In this document: positions 28,143 to 37,713 of the stretch, one piece after another
Layout of the letters: each line of letters starts with the position of its first letter
Numbering within the stretch: position 1 is the stretch's first letter
DNA from: a virus
DNA: 64,000 bases
Strand: one strand, 5' to 3'
Virus record (IMG/VR): IMGVR_UViG_3300031576_000006
Location: 1 to 64,000 of that record
The notes under the pieces: generated by a model
Told to the model about the DNA's origin: nothing
What the model saw: the letters and a program-made list of their open reading frames with translations, nothing else
Database searches by the model: none
Program-made: the position numbers and the translations under genes

Positions 28143-28373
28143 TTAGCTCTGTGCGTATCGCGCAAGTTTATTGTAAACTGTTTTAGTGCTGACGCCAAGG
28201 ACCTTAGCAGCTTTTTCCTTACTGCCGCCAACCTTTTCAAGTACCTGCAAAACGTACTCTTTTTCAATTTGAGCTAGTGTTGGCATGTTCAAGGCCTGAT
28301 TCGTTTGGCCTGTGGGCAGTTCTGTAGAATTTACAGCAGCCTGCTCCGTGGTAGTATCATTTACATTATCCAT
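28143..28373 (-). CDS. Stand-alone Fis/NtrC-type HTH protein
   Basis: TLAQIEKEYVLQVLEKVGGSKEKAAKVLGVSTKTVYNKLARY. Confidence 0.85.
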   Translation of the reverse strand: MDNVNDTTTEQAAVNSTELPTGQTNQALNMPTLAQIEKEYVLQVLEKVGGSKEKAAKVLGVSTKTVYNKLARYAQS

Positions 28374-28409
28374 TAGACCCTCCCAGAGTCGTTTTTATCA
28401 TCTTTTCTC

Positions 28410-28438
28410 ATACTAATACATGTCTCAAAATAATGCAA
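28410..28438 (-). promoter_or_regulatory. sigma70-type early promoter
   Basis: TTGCAT-17 nt-TAGTAT on the minus strand. Confidence 0.65.
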
Positions 28439-28485
28439 GTTTTTCTTAAGAATGTTTTTCATTGTAAAAAGTCCAGTAATTCCTC

Positions 28486-28510
28486 TAACTTAGGCCAAAA
28501 ACTTAATGGT
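28486..28510 (+). promoter_or_regulatory. Candidate late promoter motif (capsid operon)
   Basis: TAACTT-AGGCC-AAAAA-CTTAAT-GGT. Confidence 0.7.
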
Positions 28511-28586
28511 ATCTATGTTAAACGGTGGATACTATTCACCTAAGTCTAATTTCGAAGTTAATTAACAGGACAAAAGGAGTTTTTCA

Positions 28587-29060
28587 ATGTCTACAATTGC
28601 TAAATCGCAAGCTATCATGCGAGATTTGAAGGATCGTCTTCAAAAGAAAATGCCGTCAACGTATGTATTTTCTGAATCTTTTGATGCTCAAGGCGCTCGC
28701 CTCTTGATTTCTGCTGATGCCTCACCAGCCGCTGGTGAACAGGTCATCGCAATCCGTATTGAAGGTGAATCTACTGCACATAAAGATGTGCTTGGAAGCG
28801 CACAAAGAGTCTACGCTCCCCTTAAAGCTCAAGTAATCGAAGAAGCTTCTACCATTTCTGGTGTCTCTTTGATTACCCTAGTTAACCGTTTGATGGTTGA
28901 CCTTGAATTGGCTCGTATGGGACTTAAACAAGATCGTTATATGAATGCTAATACTGTTGTTCCTGCAGTTTCTCAATTTGCAGCTGATGGAAGCGTTTCC
29001 AGTTCTAGTCTTATTGCATCATTGCCGTTCGATATGTACTGGCCTCTTTCTGGACAATAA
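28587..29060 (+). CDS. Probable virion (head) protein
   Basis: First gene of the capsid operon; strong AAGGAG SD; high-expression-like codon usage. Confidence 0.55.
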   Translation: MSTIAKSQAIMRDLKDRLQKKMPSTYVFSESFDAQGARLLISADASPAAGEQVIAIRIEGESTAHKDVLGSAQRVYAPLKAQVIEEASTISGVSLITLVNRLMVDLELARMGLKQDRYMNANTVVPAVSQFAADGSVSSSSLIASLPFDMYWPLSGQ

Positions 29061-29095
29061 TAAACGTCAAGTACTTAACCCTAAAGGAGTTAATA

Positions 29096-30031
29096 ATGGG
29101 CTTAGATATTAATAAGCTGCTTGACGAGGTGGAAGCAGAAGTAAAAACACTGCTTAAGTCAGCACAAGATGATGCTGCCAATCTATCTAAAAAAGCAGAT
29201 GAAAAAACCGCTGGAACTAAGGTTGCTAAAGCCGAAGAGTCTAGCAAAGAAGAATCATCTAAAGAAAAGTCAAAAAGCGAAATGGAAAAAGCTTTACCAA
29301 ATGAAGTTTCCGCTAAAGAAGGCTCTGGTTATGAAAACCAAGCCCCTGAAGCTTCAGGTTCTGCCTCTCCCGCTGATGCTTCTGCACCCGCTCCGGACGC
29401 CTCTGCGTCTGCTCCTGATGCTTCCGCTCCTCCTGCACCCGGTGCAGAAGATCCACAAGCTCAGGAAGAAGATGCTGCAGCTATGCTACAAGGTCTTGAC
29501 GACGATATGCTCCATGAGCTTTATCAAAAAATCAAGATGGAACTTATGGCTAGAATGCAAGCTCAAGAAGGTTCTGCTTCCGCGTCTGCTCCTGCTCCTC
29601 AAGCCGCTCCTGCCGATGCTTCTGCATCAGCCGCCGCTGCTCCTGAAGCAATGATCAGATCTGAAAAAGAAGCTGGTGAAAAACTTGCAAAAGCTCAATC
29701 TGAGGCGAAAGCTAAAGATGAAGAAATTGCAACTTTAAAGAAAGCTGTCGCCGAGCGCGATGCTGGTATCGGTGAATTTGCTGATATCGTGAAAATACTT
29801 GTAGAACGTCCTGTCGTTCGTGCGGTAACTGATGTACAATTTGTTCCTAAAACGGACGACTTGAAAAAAGCAGAAGATAAAACTCCTGAGGACATCAAAA
29901 AAGCCGTTGACGCCATTTCTGGAGATCGAAGGAAGCTTGCTTCTCTTACGAAATCAGAAGTCGATACTTTGCAAGATTTTTACAGTGGTCACTATAATAA
30001 AGAAAAAGTTCTTAAGGTCATTAATAAATAA
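29096..30031 (+). CDS. Capsid scaffolding protein
   Basis: Acidic, Ala/Pro-rich coiled-coil directly before the MCP; many LLKS/VAKA/MEKA/LAKA/LKKA/LTKS sites. Confidence 0.75.
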   Translation: MGLDINKLLDEVEAEVKTLLKSAQDDAANLSKKADEKTAGTKVAKAEESSKEESSKEKSKSEMEKALPNEVSAKEGSGYENQAPEASGSASPADASAPAPDASASAPDASAPPAPGAEDPQAQEEDAAAMLQGLDDDMLHELYQKIKMELMARMQAQEGSASASAPAPQAAPADASASAAAAPEAMIRSEKEAGEKLAKAQSEAKAKDEEIATLKKAVAERDAGIGEFADIVKILVERPVVRAVTDVQFVPKTDDLKKAEDKTPEDIKKAVDAISGDRRKLASLTKSEVDTLQDFYSGHYNKEKVLKVINK

Positions 30032-30042
30032 AGGAGAATGCC

Positions 30043-31425
30043 GTGTTAGAAAAAATTCAAGATTTAAAGAAAGCGTTAGAAGCAGGCTATCCCAGTGCCG
30101 CTCCTGGTGCTTTAACCCAAGGTGCCTCTCTTCAAGAGCCGGACCTGTCCAACATTATGAATGTTGCGACATTCCAAGACAGCGCAATTAAGTTGCAGAA
30201 AGAATTCAAAGTTGTTCCCGCTAAAGGAACTCTTGTGCAATTCAATCGCCAACTTGATTACGGTATTTTTGGGGGTTCCGCAGTACTAGAAGGTGCTGTC
30301 GGTCAAGAAGAAACCAGTAACTACGTTCGTGTGGTTGTTCCTATGGCTTACTACGTACATGTTAGACGTGTAACGTTGCAAGCTGAAATGGTATCCACAT
30401 TTGACGGTGTAAAAGCCGAAGATCGAGTTGCCGCCGATGCAGCTATTAAACTCGCTGCTGACATCGAATTTCATCTATTCCGAGGTCGCGCAAGCTACTC
30501 GAATGCTGGATTGTTCGATGGTAACCCTCTTGCCGCTGCTGATAATGAGCCGGGCATGCATGGATTGGATATGCAAATTCGTCAATCTGATGGACAAGCA
30601 AATACTCAGGATCTTATGTTGAATGAGTATGGCGCTGATAGTTCAGTTTCCATCAATCAAAACGGTATACTTGCACAATCAACCATGGAAGATATTTACA
30701 GTCGTGCCCAAATGCACAACGGTAATCCCGAAAAATTTTATCTCGATCCTTTGACTCATAGTGCATACAATAAAATTGCACATGGCAAAGAGCGTATCGT
30801 TCTTGCTGGTTCACCCCAACAAGCTACAGGCGCTCAATTGAAAGAACAATGGGTTGCTGGTGGAGCTATTTCCATCGAATCTAGCCGATTCCTTTCTGGT
30901 AAGACTGCTCCTGCACGTCCCCGATTGAACACCCCTTCTGCTCCTTCACAAACTGCCGCTGAGTTTGCTGGAACTACTAGCTTTCAAGCTGGTGAATCTT
31001 ATAGCTTTTCTTGTACTGCCGCTAACGAAGTTGGAGAATCTACTGCATCCACAGCTACTTCTCAAGCTATCAGCGTAAACGGTAACTATATTGCTGTAAC
31101 TATCACCCCTGCTGCTGGTATCGCTGCCCTTTACTTCAACGTTTACCGTTCAGTATCTGGAAGCCTCGTTAAACGCTACATTGGTCGTGTTAAGAATTCT
31201 GGCGCAGCCACTACTATTTTCACCGATCTTAATGGTCGTTCCCCTGCATTCGTCACTGGCTTTGCCCTTGATATGCGTGGAATCGAAATGAACGAACTTA
31301 GCCCATTTAAACAAGCTGAGTTGGCAAAAACCGATCTTAGTACTCCAAAAGCGTATTACAGATTCTGTTCTTTGGCAGTTAAACTTCCTCGCTTCAACAT
31401 CCTTGTTGATAACTTGAGCCAGTAA
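30043..31425 (+). CDS. Major capsid protein (Herelleviridae/SPO1-Twort-like)
   Basis: LKKALEAG...GASLQ..DL N-terminus; QFNRQLDYG...EG; IEFHLFRG; GLD..I; Ig/Fn3-like insertion; 460 aa. Confidence 0.9.
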   Translation: MLEKIQDLKKALEAGYPSAAPGALTQGASLQEPDLSNIMNVATFQDSAIKLQKEFKVVPAKGTLVQFNRQLDYGIFGGSAVLEGAVGQEETSNYVRVVVPMAYYVHVRRVTLQAEMVSTFDGVKAEDRVAADAAIKLAADIEFHLFRGRASYSNAGLFDGNPLAAADNEPGMHGLDMQIRQSDGQANTQDLMLNEYGADSSVSINQNGILAQSTMEDIYSRAQMHNGNPEKFYLDPLTHSAYNKIAHGKERIVLAGSPQQATGAQLKEQWVAGGAISIESSRFLSGKTAPARPRLNTPSAPSQTAAEFAGTTSFQAGESYSFSCTAANEVGESTASTATSQAISVNGNYIAVTITPAAGIAALYFNVYRSVSGSLVKRYIGRVKNSGAATTIFTDLNGRSPAFVTGFALDMRGIEMNELSPFKQAELAKTDLSTPKAYYRFCSLAVKLPRFNILVDNLSQ

Positions 31426-31442
31426 TTATTCCAAAACTTACG

Positions 31443-31468
31443 AGAGCCATTAATAGGGCTCTTTTTTT
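31443..31468 (+). terminator. Rho-independent terminator after MCP
   Basis: AGAGCC-8nt-GGCTCT plus T-run. Confidence 0.65.
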
Positions 31469-31494
31469 GTCACAATTTTTAAATAGGAGTTAAA

Positions 31495-31839
31495 ATGTCC
31501 GCACTTTCCTCTGACTCAGCAAAAAGCTTAGCTCATGCGCTTACATCGCCTAGTAGAGCTAATGAAGCTGCTGATGCGTTGAATAAAGCCGATGCGTTAT
31601 GGTCTCAGTCTGCTAAATTAATGGCTGCTGCTATCGTTGCCACAGCTACAAGCACCACTACTGATTTCGGTGCTCTTCGGGTCGGCGATTTGCTTATCTC
31701 GATCCCTGCCGTTGCAGGCAATGCAATATTCGAAACTGTCGCAGTTATCGGAACTAAACCTTCCGCTGCTGTAATTGGTGATTTGTACCTTGCACTCCGC
31801 GCTAAATCAGCACCTGCTGCTTCTGCAATTATTCTGTAA
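31495..31839 (+). CDS. Probable head decoration protein
   Basis: Ala-rich 114 aa directly after the MCP; AGGAG SD. Confidence 0.5.
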   Translation: MSALSSDSAKSLAHALTSPSRANEAADALNKADALWSQSAKLMAAAIVATATSTTTDFGALRVGDLLISIPAVAGNAIFETVAVIGTKPSAAVIGDLYLALRAKSAPAASAIIL

Positions 31840-31862
31840 TTTTTGACCTTAAAGAATCCATC

Positions 31863-32342
31863 TTAACCCCATAAGCGAAATCTTATGGGGTTTTTCTTTT
31901 TTTGGGCCTTGAAGGCTAGATCCCAGCCTTTGTAGAAGCCGAAGTGGTATCCATACAGGAAGCCCCTTGAATAGCTCTTACCGACCTGATAGAAGGCTTT
32001 GTACTTGAATCTTGGGAAGAACATCTTCATTAACTCGGCACCGCGCTTATCGGTATAGATCTCAGCCCTGTGACTGTAGCTTATGGATTGATTGAAAGTT
32101 TTAAAGTGGTCTTGGTAAGTAGGAGTCTGACTGTGCATGAGCGGATATTTTCCTTCTCGCCAATTCAGATAGTGACCCATCTCATGGCAAAAAACATTTG
32201 CTACCATGCGTTCGCCTCCACCGGCACCAACGGAAATAACTTCGCCATGGTTCCAATAACCGCCCTGGTTACCTTCTAACCATTCAATCCTAGCACCAAA
32301 CATTGTTGCAATGTCTTCACAATATCTGTGCAGTTCAGTCAT
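31863..32342 (-). CDS. HExxH metallopeptidase-like protein (ImmA/IrrE-like)
   Basis: VFCHEMGH...AEIYTD; start revised to MTELHRY. Confidence 0.6.
   Translation of the reverse strand: MTELHRYCEDIATMFGARIEWLEGNQGGYWNHGEVISVGAGGGERMVANVFCHEMGHYLNWREGKYPLMHSQTPTYQDHFKTFNQSISYSHRAEIYTDKRGAELMKMFFPRFKYKAFYQVGKSYSRGFLYGYHFGFYKGWDLAFKAQKKKNPIRFRLWG
31865..31903 (+). terminator. Rho-independent terminator ending the capsid island
   Basis: AACCCCATAAG-CGAAAT-CTTATGGGGTT plus T-run. Confidence 0.75.
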
Positions 32343-32707
32343 TTTATATCCAACGCTTTCAATGCTGCCAGGCAAATGGCATGAGGCAGGGTTTCCGCCT
32401 TCTCTTCCCATTCTTTATTAATCAAGTCACTATTGCGGAATTTTACCGTGTAATATCGATCTCCACAATATTGCCAATTCATGATGGTGACCATAATTCC
32501 CTTCAAGGCTAACTTCTCTACGATTTTAAAAGCCTCTTCGGCTGAATCCGTATAGAAAGGGATCTCATTCATTAGAGTGCTGCCTTCGAACCTTATCCAA
32601 TCCCAATCCGCAGGTCCATCACTTAGGGTTCTACCTTCGCTGGAAAAAACAGGATTGAGATTGAAGATATGTTTCGCAATGAGGGCGTCAATCTTTCTGT
32701 CGATCAT
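32339..32707 (-). CDS. Phage ABA-sandwich (BC1872-like) protein
   Basis: IDALIA..IF...PFYT.S...AF.IVEKL...AETLPHAICLAALKA. Confidence 0.65.
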   Translation of the reverse strand: MIDRKIDALIAKHIFNLNPVFSSEGRTLSDGPADWDWIRFEGSTLMNEIPFYTDSAEEAFKIVEKLALKGIMVTIMNWQYCGDRYYTVKFRNSDLINKEWEEKAETLPHAICLAALKALDIK

Positions 32708-33003
32708 AGTTTCCCCAATCTTCTCAGTGCTTCTCCTTTTGCACTGTGCCATTTTTTCCAGCCTTCTGTATTTTTTTGGTTTGGTTCTACGATTCCCATC
32801 ATATAAAGGAATTCTACTTGAGCCCGGCGACCGGCACCGGCAGCACGTCTAACAACGGTGTGTTGGTGTCTACCGATGGGCCGTCTTATATGACCATCAA
32901 TTTGATCTGCAGTTTGATGATAGACCATCCAAGCTTTTACGTAGGCTTCATACTCGTGATCAATCATAGGTTCAGATAGATATTCTTGTTTGAAATCACT
33001 CAT
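32704..33003 (-). CDS. Hypothetical protein
   Basis: Part of ORF 32704..33075; likely start MSDFKQE. Confidence 0.5.
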   Translation of the reverse strand: MSDFKQEYLSEPMIDHEYEAYVKAWMVYHQTADQIDGHIRRPIGRHQHTVVRRAAGAGRRAQVEFLYMMGIVEPNQKNTEGWKKWHSAKGEALRRLGKL

Positions 33004-33479
33004 ATATTTGGCCCAATAATTCCAAAGTGTGCATTCAAGGCTTTGAAAAATCCAGCCAACTCCGGAGCACGCCAAGCATGGTCAACGTATGTATGGGCGT
33101 TGTCAGAGTAGTGATAGTGATTTATTTCTAAATGGCGTTTGGCGTCGTCCTCAGTAAGAAATAAGCCTTTCTGCTCCCATCGCTTCTTGATGCCATATTC
33201 GTGCGCTTCTTTCATTTGCTCTTCGATGTCGTCGGCGTATCCAAGCTCTACCATCATATTTTCCATGGCCTTCTTGGAGTGAAATGATGAGTCATTCCAG
33301 TACCATTTAGTAAAGTCACAGTTTTCAATGGGTGCCGGATCTTCAACTTCAGTTCTAATGACATAGAAAAATGGGGATGCTGTACCTCTGTTGTTCTGAG
33401 TGGCCATCTTTGTGAGAAAGTTTTTTATAATTTCTTCGTTAGTGATGGTTGGTTCGGTGGTTGTAATATTTTTATCCAT
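33000..33479 (-). CDS. Conserved phage hypothetical protein
   Basis: TQNNRGTASP...FLT...AKRHLE.NHYHY...HTYV.HAWR. Confidence 0.55.
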   Translation of the reverse strand: MDKNITTTEPTITNEEIIKNFLTKMATQNNRGTASPFFYVIRTEVEDPAPIENCDFTKWYWNDSSFHSKKAMENMMVELGYADDIEEQMKEAHEYGIKKRWEQKGLFLTEDDAKRHLEINHYHYSDNAHTYVDHAWRAPELAGFFKALNAHFGIIGPNI

Positions 33480-33776
33480 TGATTGAAATCTCCTTCGATT
33501 CTTTATAAATCGTAAATTCTCCCTTGCAGATACGGCCTAAGGCACTATCGTATTTTACCTCATAGTCATCAAATTCTGAAGGAAGTTTATCCAACATTTC
33601 TTTAAGAATTTTTACAGTAATTTGTTTACCGCAGTCTGGATCGTTTTCAAATGGCTGCTCCATTAATCATCTCCTTTTTATAGAACTGCAAATTTCTTGC
33701 ATAATAAAGCTCAATCTGCTGAGTAGATCTTCCAGTTTCTCTATATTAGCCTTAAGCTCTTTAAGTTCTTGCATTG

Positions 33777-34355
33777 TCACCTTATGATCATTTTAGGCAG
33801 GTTTGCCTTTTTTAGCAACAAATCTTCCATATTTTCAAAAGAAAGATCACAACAATCCTCTGTATTGCATTTGGGGCAAATATTAGACCGTCCTATACAG
33901 TTACCTTCGTAGTCATAATCACTTTCATCTTTAAGATCGGGGTGAAGGAATTTTTTACCACAATGGCAACATTTAACCTTAGTCTTCTTGTGTTTAAAGA
34001 AATATGGAGGTTCTGGTTCCATAAAGTTTAAGTGATCATAATTGTTGGTGACCGTGTACTTTAGACGATTTTTGAAGCGTTTCATGAGCTTCTCGATTAA
34101 AATGTCTACTTTTTCGGGATAATCGATAAGTAAATAATGAGTTTCGTAATAAATTTCTTCTGAGGACATTTTACTACTGGAGCCAGTCATCCTAACCTTA
34201 TCATTTTCCAACGATCTGTGTTTGCCCCTTACTGTAAATTCGCAGGTGGAATTAATAAGAATGTGAGCTTCGGTTTCTCCGGCATTAGGATTGCGTTCGA
34301 TCGACTTTGGATCTATTTCCACAAAAAATAATTGAGGTTCCTTATTTCTTTTCAT
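33777..34355 (-). CDS. Hypothetical protein with zinc ribbon
   Basis: CCHC...CPKC. Confidence 0.55.
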   Translation of the reverse strand: MKRNKEPQLFFVEIDPKSIERNPNAGETEAHILINSTCEFTVRGKHRSLENDKVRMTGSSSKMSSEEIYYETHYLLIDYPEKVDILIEKLMKRFKNRLKYTVTNNYDHLNFMEPEPPYFFKHKKTKVKCCHCGKKFLHPDLKDESDYDYEGNCIGRSNICPKCNTEDCCDLSFENMEDLLLKKANLPKMIIR

Positions 34356-34587
34356 ATAATCTCTTCATGGTTTATGTGTTTTATTTTTATTAATGTCAAC
34401 TGAGAATAATCTCCCTTCCTGATACTGTTGTCGTACACGTAGGCGGTCAATATCTACGCCCTTAGAGATTATCCTATCTGAAACTGGAACCTGAGCGCCA
34501 AACGTTTTAGTATAAGCTATACATTCACCATCGGCATCCAGGTGTCTTTTTTGAACCAACTCTACAGCACTGTTAATAAATAATGCT

Positions 34588-35076
34588 CTATTTCGCTTCG
34601 GTTTTAGGTCCACTAGCAGTCCCTCCTATGTTAATGGAGGTTCCCCTAATTCTCCAGTGGCAATATCGCATGCGCTGATCTTCACCATTGGCTGTCATAA
34701 ATCGATCTAAGTAAGTGTTGTCCACCAAATACTGATATTTGCCGAAATTCAATAGTTTATAATTGACCTGACTAGTTACCTTGTTTTTAATAAGCCTGAG
34801 AATTTGTTTGACGATGAACGATGATTGTGTGTCTCCCGACATGCCCTGTGGGACATCAATCCAGGCCGCATCTACATCGCGGCGATCTAAGTAGTTTGGG
34901 ATATCGAGATCTGGACTTATAAAAACAGTAGCGCCCTTCGTAAGGGCGTTTTCAATCCAAACTTCATCAGACTCGCTTCGAGCGTGATAAACTATATCAT
35001 AACCGGCTTCCCGGATCTCCTGAGCCGCTTTGCGGGAAATTTGATTGTCAAGAGCCAGCTTGATTAGGATTAGCAC
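34588..35076 (-). CDS. PIN-like (DUF5615/Mut7-C type) domain protein
   Basis: LALDNQIS...IREAGYDIV...SDEVWIE.A...VFISPDLD. Confidence 0.6.
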   Translation of the reverse strand: MLILIKLALDNQISRKAAQEIREAGYDIVYHARSESDEVWIENALTKGATVFISPDLDIPNYLDRRDVDAAWIDVPQGMSGDTQSSFIVKQILRLIKNKVTSQVNYKLLNFGKYQYLVDNTYLDRFMTANGEDQRMRYCHWRIRGTSINIGGTASGPKTEAK

Positions 35077-35287
35077 TAGGACAACCTTTCCCTCAGAGTT
35101 TCACGCTCTTTTTCATGAAGCGCACGCTTTTTTCTAAGAAAAGAAATCATCTCTCTATCTCCCGATTGATTTCCTTCAGAATTTTCGAGTAGAAATTTTT
35201 GATATATTTCAATTTCGGTACTAATTTTCGCGATGATGGCCGCCTTGCCATCCAGAGCTTTTTGTTTACGTCTTCTTTGATATACGG

Positions 35288-35605
35288 TCATACCTCCTCC
35301 TTAATAGGATCATCAATAAGATAAATGGTTACCGGCATCTCCCTGAATGATTCAGATACCATAACTCCATCCAGCTGCTTTTTATCTTCACTATCAAGGT
35401 TGCGCCACTTAGCAATATCAGCATTTTTGGCAATGCCGATAGGTGCGCCTCTTTCCATAGATCCAGTATCAAATCTATGTTCTTTCAGCCAAGTAGTGGC
35501 TTCACTGTAAGCCGAGAAATTGTCATTAGGTGTACCGTTGAATGTTTTAGTGAATCCCAACTCTTTACCGATAAACCCCTTCACTTGTTCCTTTGTATAG
35601 AGCAT
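35288..35605 (-). CDS. Conserved phage hypothetical protein
   Basis: FSAY.EA..WL...GSMERGAPIGI...IAKWRNL...LDG; start revised, AGGAGG SD. Confidence 0.55.
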   Translation of the reverse strand: MLYTKEQVKGFIGKELGFTKTFNGTPNDNFSAYSEATTWLKEHRFDTGSMERGAPIGIAKNADIAKWRNLDSEDKKQLDGVMVSESFREMPVTIYLIDDPIKEEV

Positions 35606-35631
35606 AAAACCTCCTAGATTTAGTTTACCAC

Positions 35632-35664
35632 AAGAAAACACCGCCGTCCAACATTGAACGGCGG
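35632..35664 (-). terminator. Rho-independent terminator
   Basis: CCGCCGT-10nt-ACGGCGG followed by TGTTTTCTT on the minus strand. Confidence 0.6.
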
Positions 35665-35674
35665 CTAATATTAT

Positions 35675-36127
35675 TTAGTAATCGTAACCGACGCCGAGCA
35701 TGAACGTGCCGTTCGTCAAGACTTGTCCGTTTCCAGACCATCGTTCGTCTAACATATGATCAAGGCCAAATCCGAGAACTGCATCGTTCTTAGTTCGAAC
35801 CGTCATAGTTGAGCCATTGACTTCTTTGTCAATCTTATTGCTGGGTCCTACACCGCCCATCAATCTTACCCGGTTCAATCTTTGAACCGGAACTTCAACA
35901 ACTTGCGTTTGAACTGCAACCTGCTGTTCAGCTGCGGCTGCAGCTTCACCGATCTTCACAACTTTGTATTCAGCGCGGCTCATATCGCCGATTTTTTTAC
36001 CTGAAGGTTGGTGAATCACAAGGATTCGGTATTCAGCCAGTTGTTCTTTGGTCATATCATCGAACATACTTTCTGCGCTGGCTACTGCCGCTACGAACAT
36101 AATTAAGAAAATAATTAATTGTTTCAT
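35675..36127 (-). CDS. Secreted/outer-membrane protein
   Basis: Signal peptide (AVASA); C-terminal amphipathic beta-strands ending LGVGYDY. Confidence 0.6.
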   Translation of the reverse strand: MKQLIIFLIMFVAAVASAESMFDDMTKEQLAEYRILVIHQPSGKKIGDMSRAEYKVVKIGEAAAAAEQQVAVQTQVVEVPVQRLNRVRLMGGVGPSNKIDKEVNGSTMTVRTKNDAVLGFGLDHMLDERWSGNGQVLTNGTFMLGVGYDY

Positions 36128-36137
36128 TTTTCCCGCC

Positions 36138-36758
36138 TTAGTTAAATTCTATCAGCTTCGCATCATTTGGCTCTGCGAAGGTTAAGAGTTTGCCGTTGAT
36201 CCAGAACATTGGACTTGAGTTTTGCAGTGTTGCTTTTTTGGTTGAACTGTGGCAAGAATTGTTATTGTACACATTATATTCATTTGATGAGCTTTTGCCA
36301 TAATATCCATCAGCGATTGCATGGCATGAACTTGAGGTGAAAGTTGTGATAGTTACCGACCCCGAAGATTCTCCTGGAGGACCCTGAGGACCATCATTAC
36401 CATCTTCACCGTCTGATCCATCTTCACCGTCTGATCCATCTTCACCGTCTGATCCATCTTCACCGTCTGATCCATCTTCACCGTCTGATCCATCTTCACC
36501 GTCTGATCCGGCTGGGCCGCGAGGAATGGTGATAGATCCAGCGTAAGTATCGAGTTCTGACACTGAATTGGATTCATCTGAATCGACATAGAAATCGACC
36601 TGGATACCTTCTTCAACTGTAGTAGAAGTAAAAAGAAGTTTCTGGACTTTGCCAGGCGCTCCGCCATCACCCTTGTCGCCCTTGTAGGCGCTGATCTCGG
36701 CTGTCTGAGCACATCCGGCAACCAATGCCATTAAAATAATACCTTTCAAAAATTTCAT
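36138..36758 (-). CDS. Collagen-like lipoprotein
   Basis: Lipobox LVAGC; Gly-X-Y run including (GSDGED)6. Confidence 0.75.
   Translation of the reverse strand: MKFLKGIILMALVAGCAQTAEISAYKGDKGDGGAPGKVQKLLFTSTTVEEGIQVDFYVDSDESNSVSELDTYAGSITIPRGPAGSDGEDGSDGEDGSDGEDGSDGEDGSDGEDGSDGEDGNDGPQGPPGESSGSVTITTFTSSSCHAIADGYYGKSSSNEYNVYNNNSCHSSTKKATLQNSSPMFWINGKLLTFAEPNDAKLIEFN
36400..36507. repeat. Perfect 18-bp tandem repeat x6 (CCATCTTCACCGTCTGAT)
   Basis: Read directly; encodes GSDGED. Confidence 0.9.
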
Positions 36759-37713
36759 ACCCCGTCCCCTTCGTTTTGGCCGTTATTGGCCGTTTTTAAG
36801 TTTCCTTTTTTTAATTCTGGATTAAAGAAAAGTTCAAGAATAACTTCGCGGACGAATTGTTCGCCCATGGTCGCCATCATATTGCGCATATGGACGCAAA
36901 TAATATAGGCGTCCGGCGCAGCCTCCAGGCTAAATTCACGCTTCTTTGACTTTATTAAATTATTTTTTGGTTGTTCGTCGCTCATTCGTGCCTCCCTTGA
37001 GCATCTTTTTTAGCCAAACGTGCGTCGATAATCACCTTGGCATCATTCATGATTTGGTAGGCCAACTCAAAGTATCCGGCGAGGCTTGCTTCCTGAGCGT
37101 CTGAGAGCATAGACATGACGTACAAAGAAGCAGGCATGGTAGAATTGTCACATCGCTCCAAGGCATCCTTACGATCTTGCTCCATTTTAGTCTTTATGGT
37201 AGCGATCCTGACCTCTTCCTGAACTATTCCGTTTTTACATACTAATCCCATAGACTTCCTCCCTATAGATACAGTATATCGCAGTAAGTAAAAAATACAA
37301 TCTTTCATCTGAAAAAGTTTCATTTTGAAACAACCTCGAACCCATCTTTCATATATTTTACGTACCGCTCAGCCTCAGATTGATATATGAAGCACATATC
37401 TCCCCCAAAATCCTTTTCATCTAGATCTTCGGGCCTTTGTATCGTTCTCCAAAAGAACCAAAGAAATCTGATTTGAATTTTATAAAATCCTCCCTGTAAT
37501 ATAATGCGTGTTTTCATTCTTCCTCCTCATAATAAATTTCTACATGGTTAGCTGCCCACTCGTTGACTTCCTCTTCTTTTTCGTCCTCGGTTAATGCCAA
37601 CCATTCTTCTTTGGTATAGCCAAGGCTCTTTTGTCCTTTTTCTGTATTAAGATCAAAAGTCACTGATTTGCATGAGTGTATATTTGCACAAGAATCTAGA
37701 TTAAATGTTACTT

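Noticed and set aside
29169-29654. Long alternative-frame and antisense ORFs (29169..29654, 36353..36721, 41375..41809, the 5' part of 23571..24569)
   Set aside because: They are shadows of low-complexity or codon-biased real genes, with no SD and no recognisable motifs.
30930-31230. Fn3/Ig-like insertion in the major capsid protein as a novelty
   Set aside because: A comparable insertion is a normal feature of Herelleviridae-type capsid proteins.
36400-36507. Tandem repeat as a possible CRISPR array
   Set aside because: Units are contiguous with no spacers and encode in-frame collagen-like GSDGED. No CRISPR array or cas gene was seen in the window.
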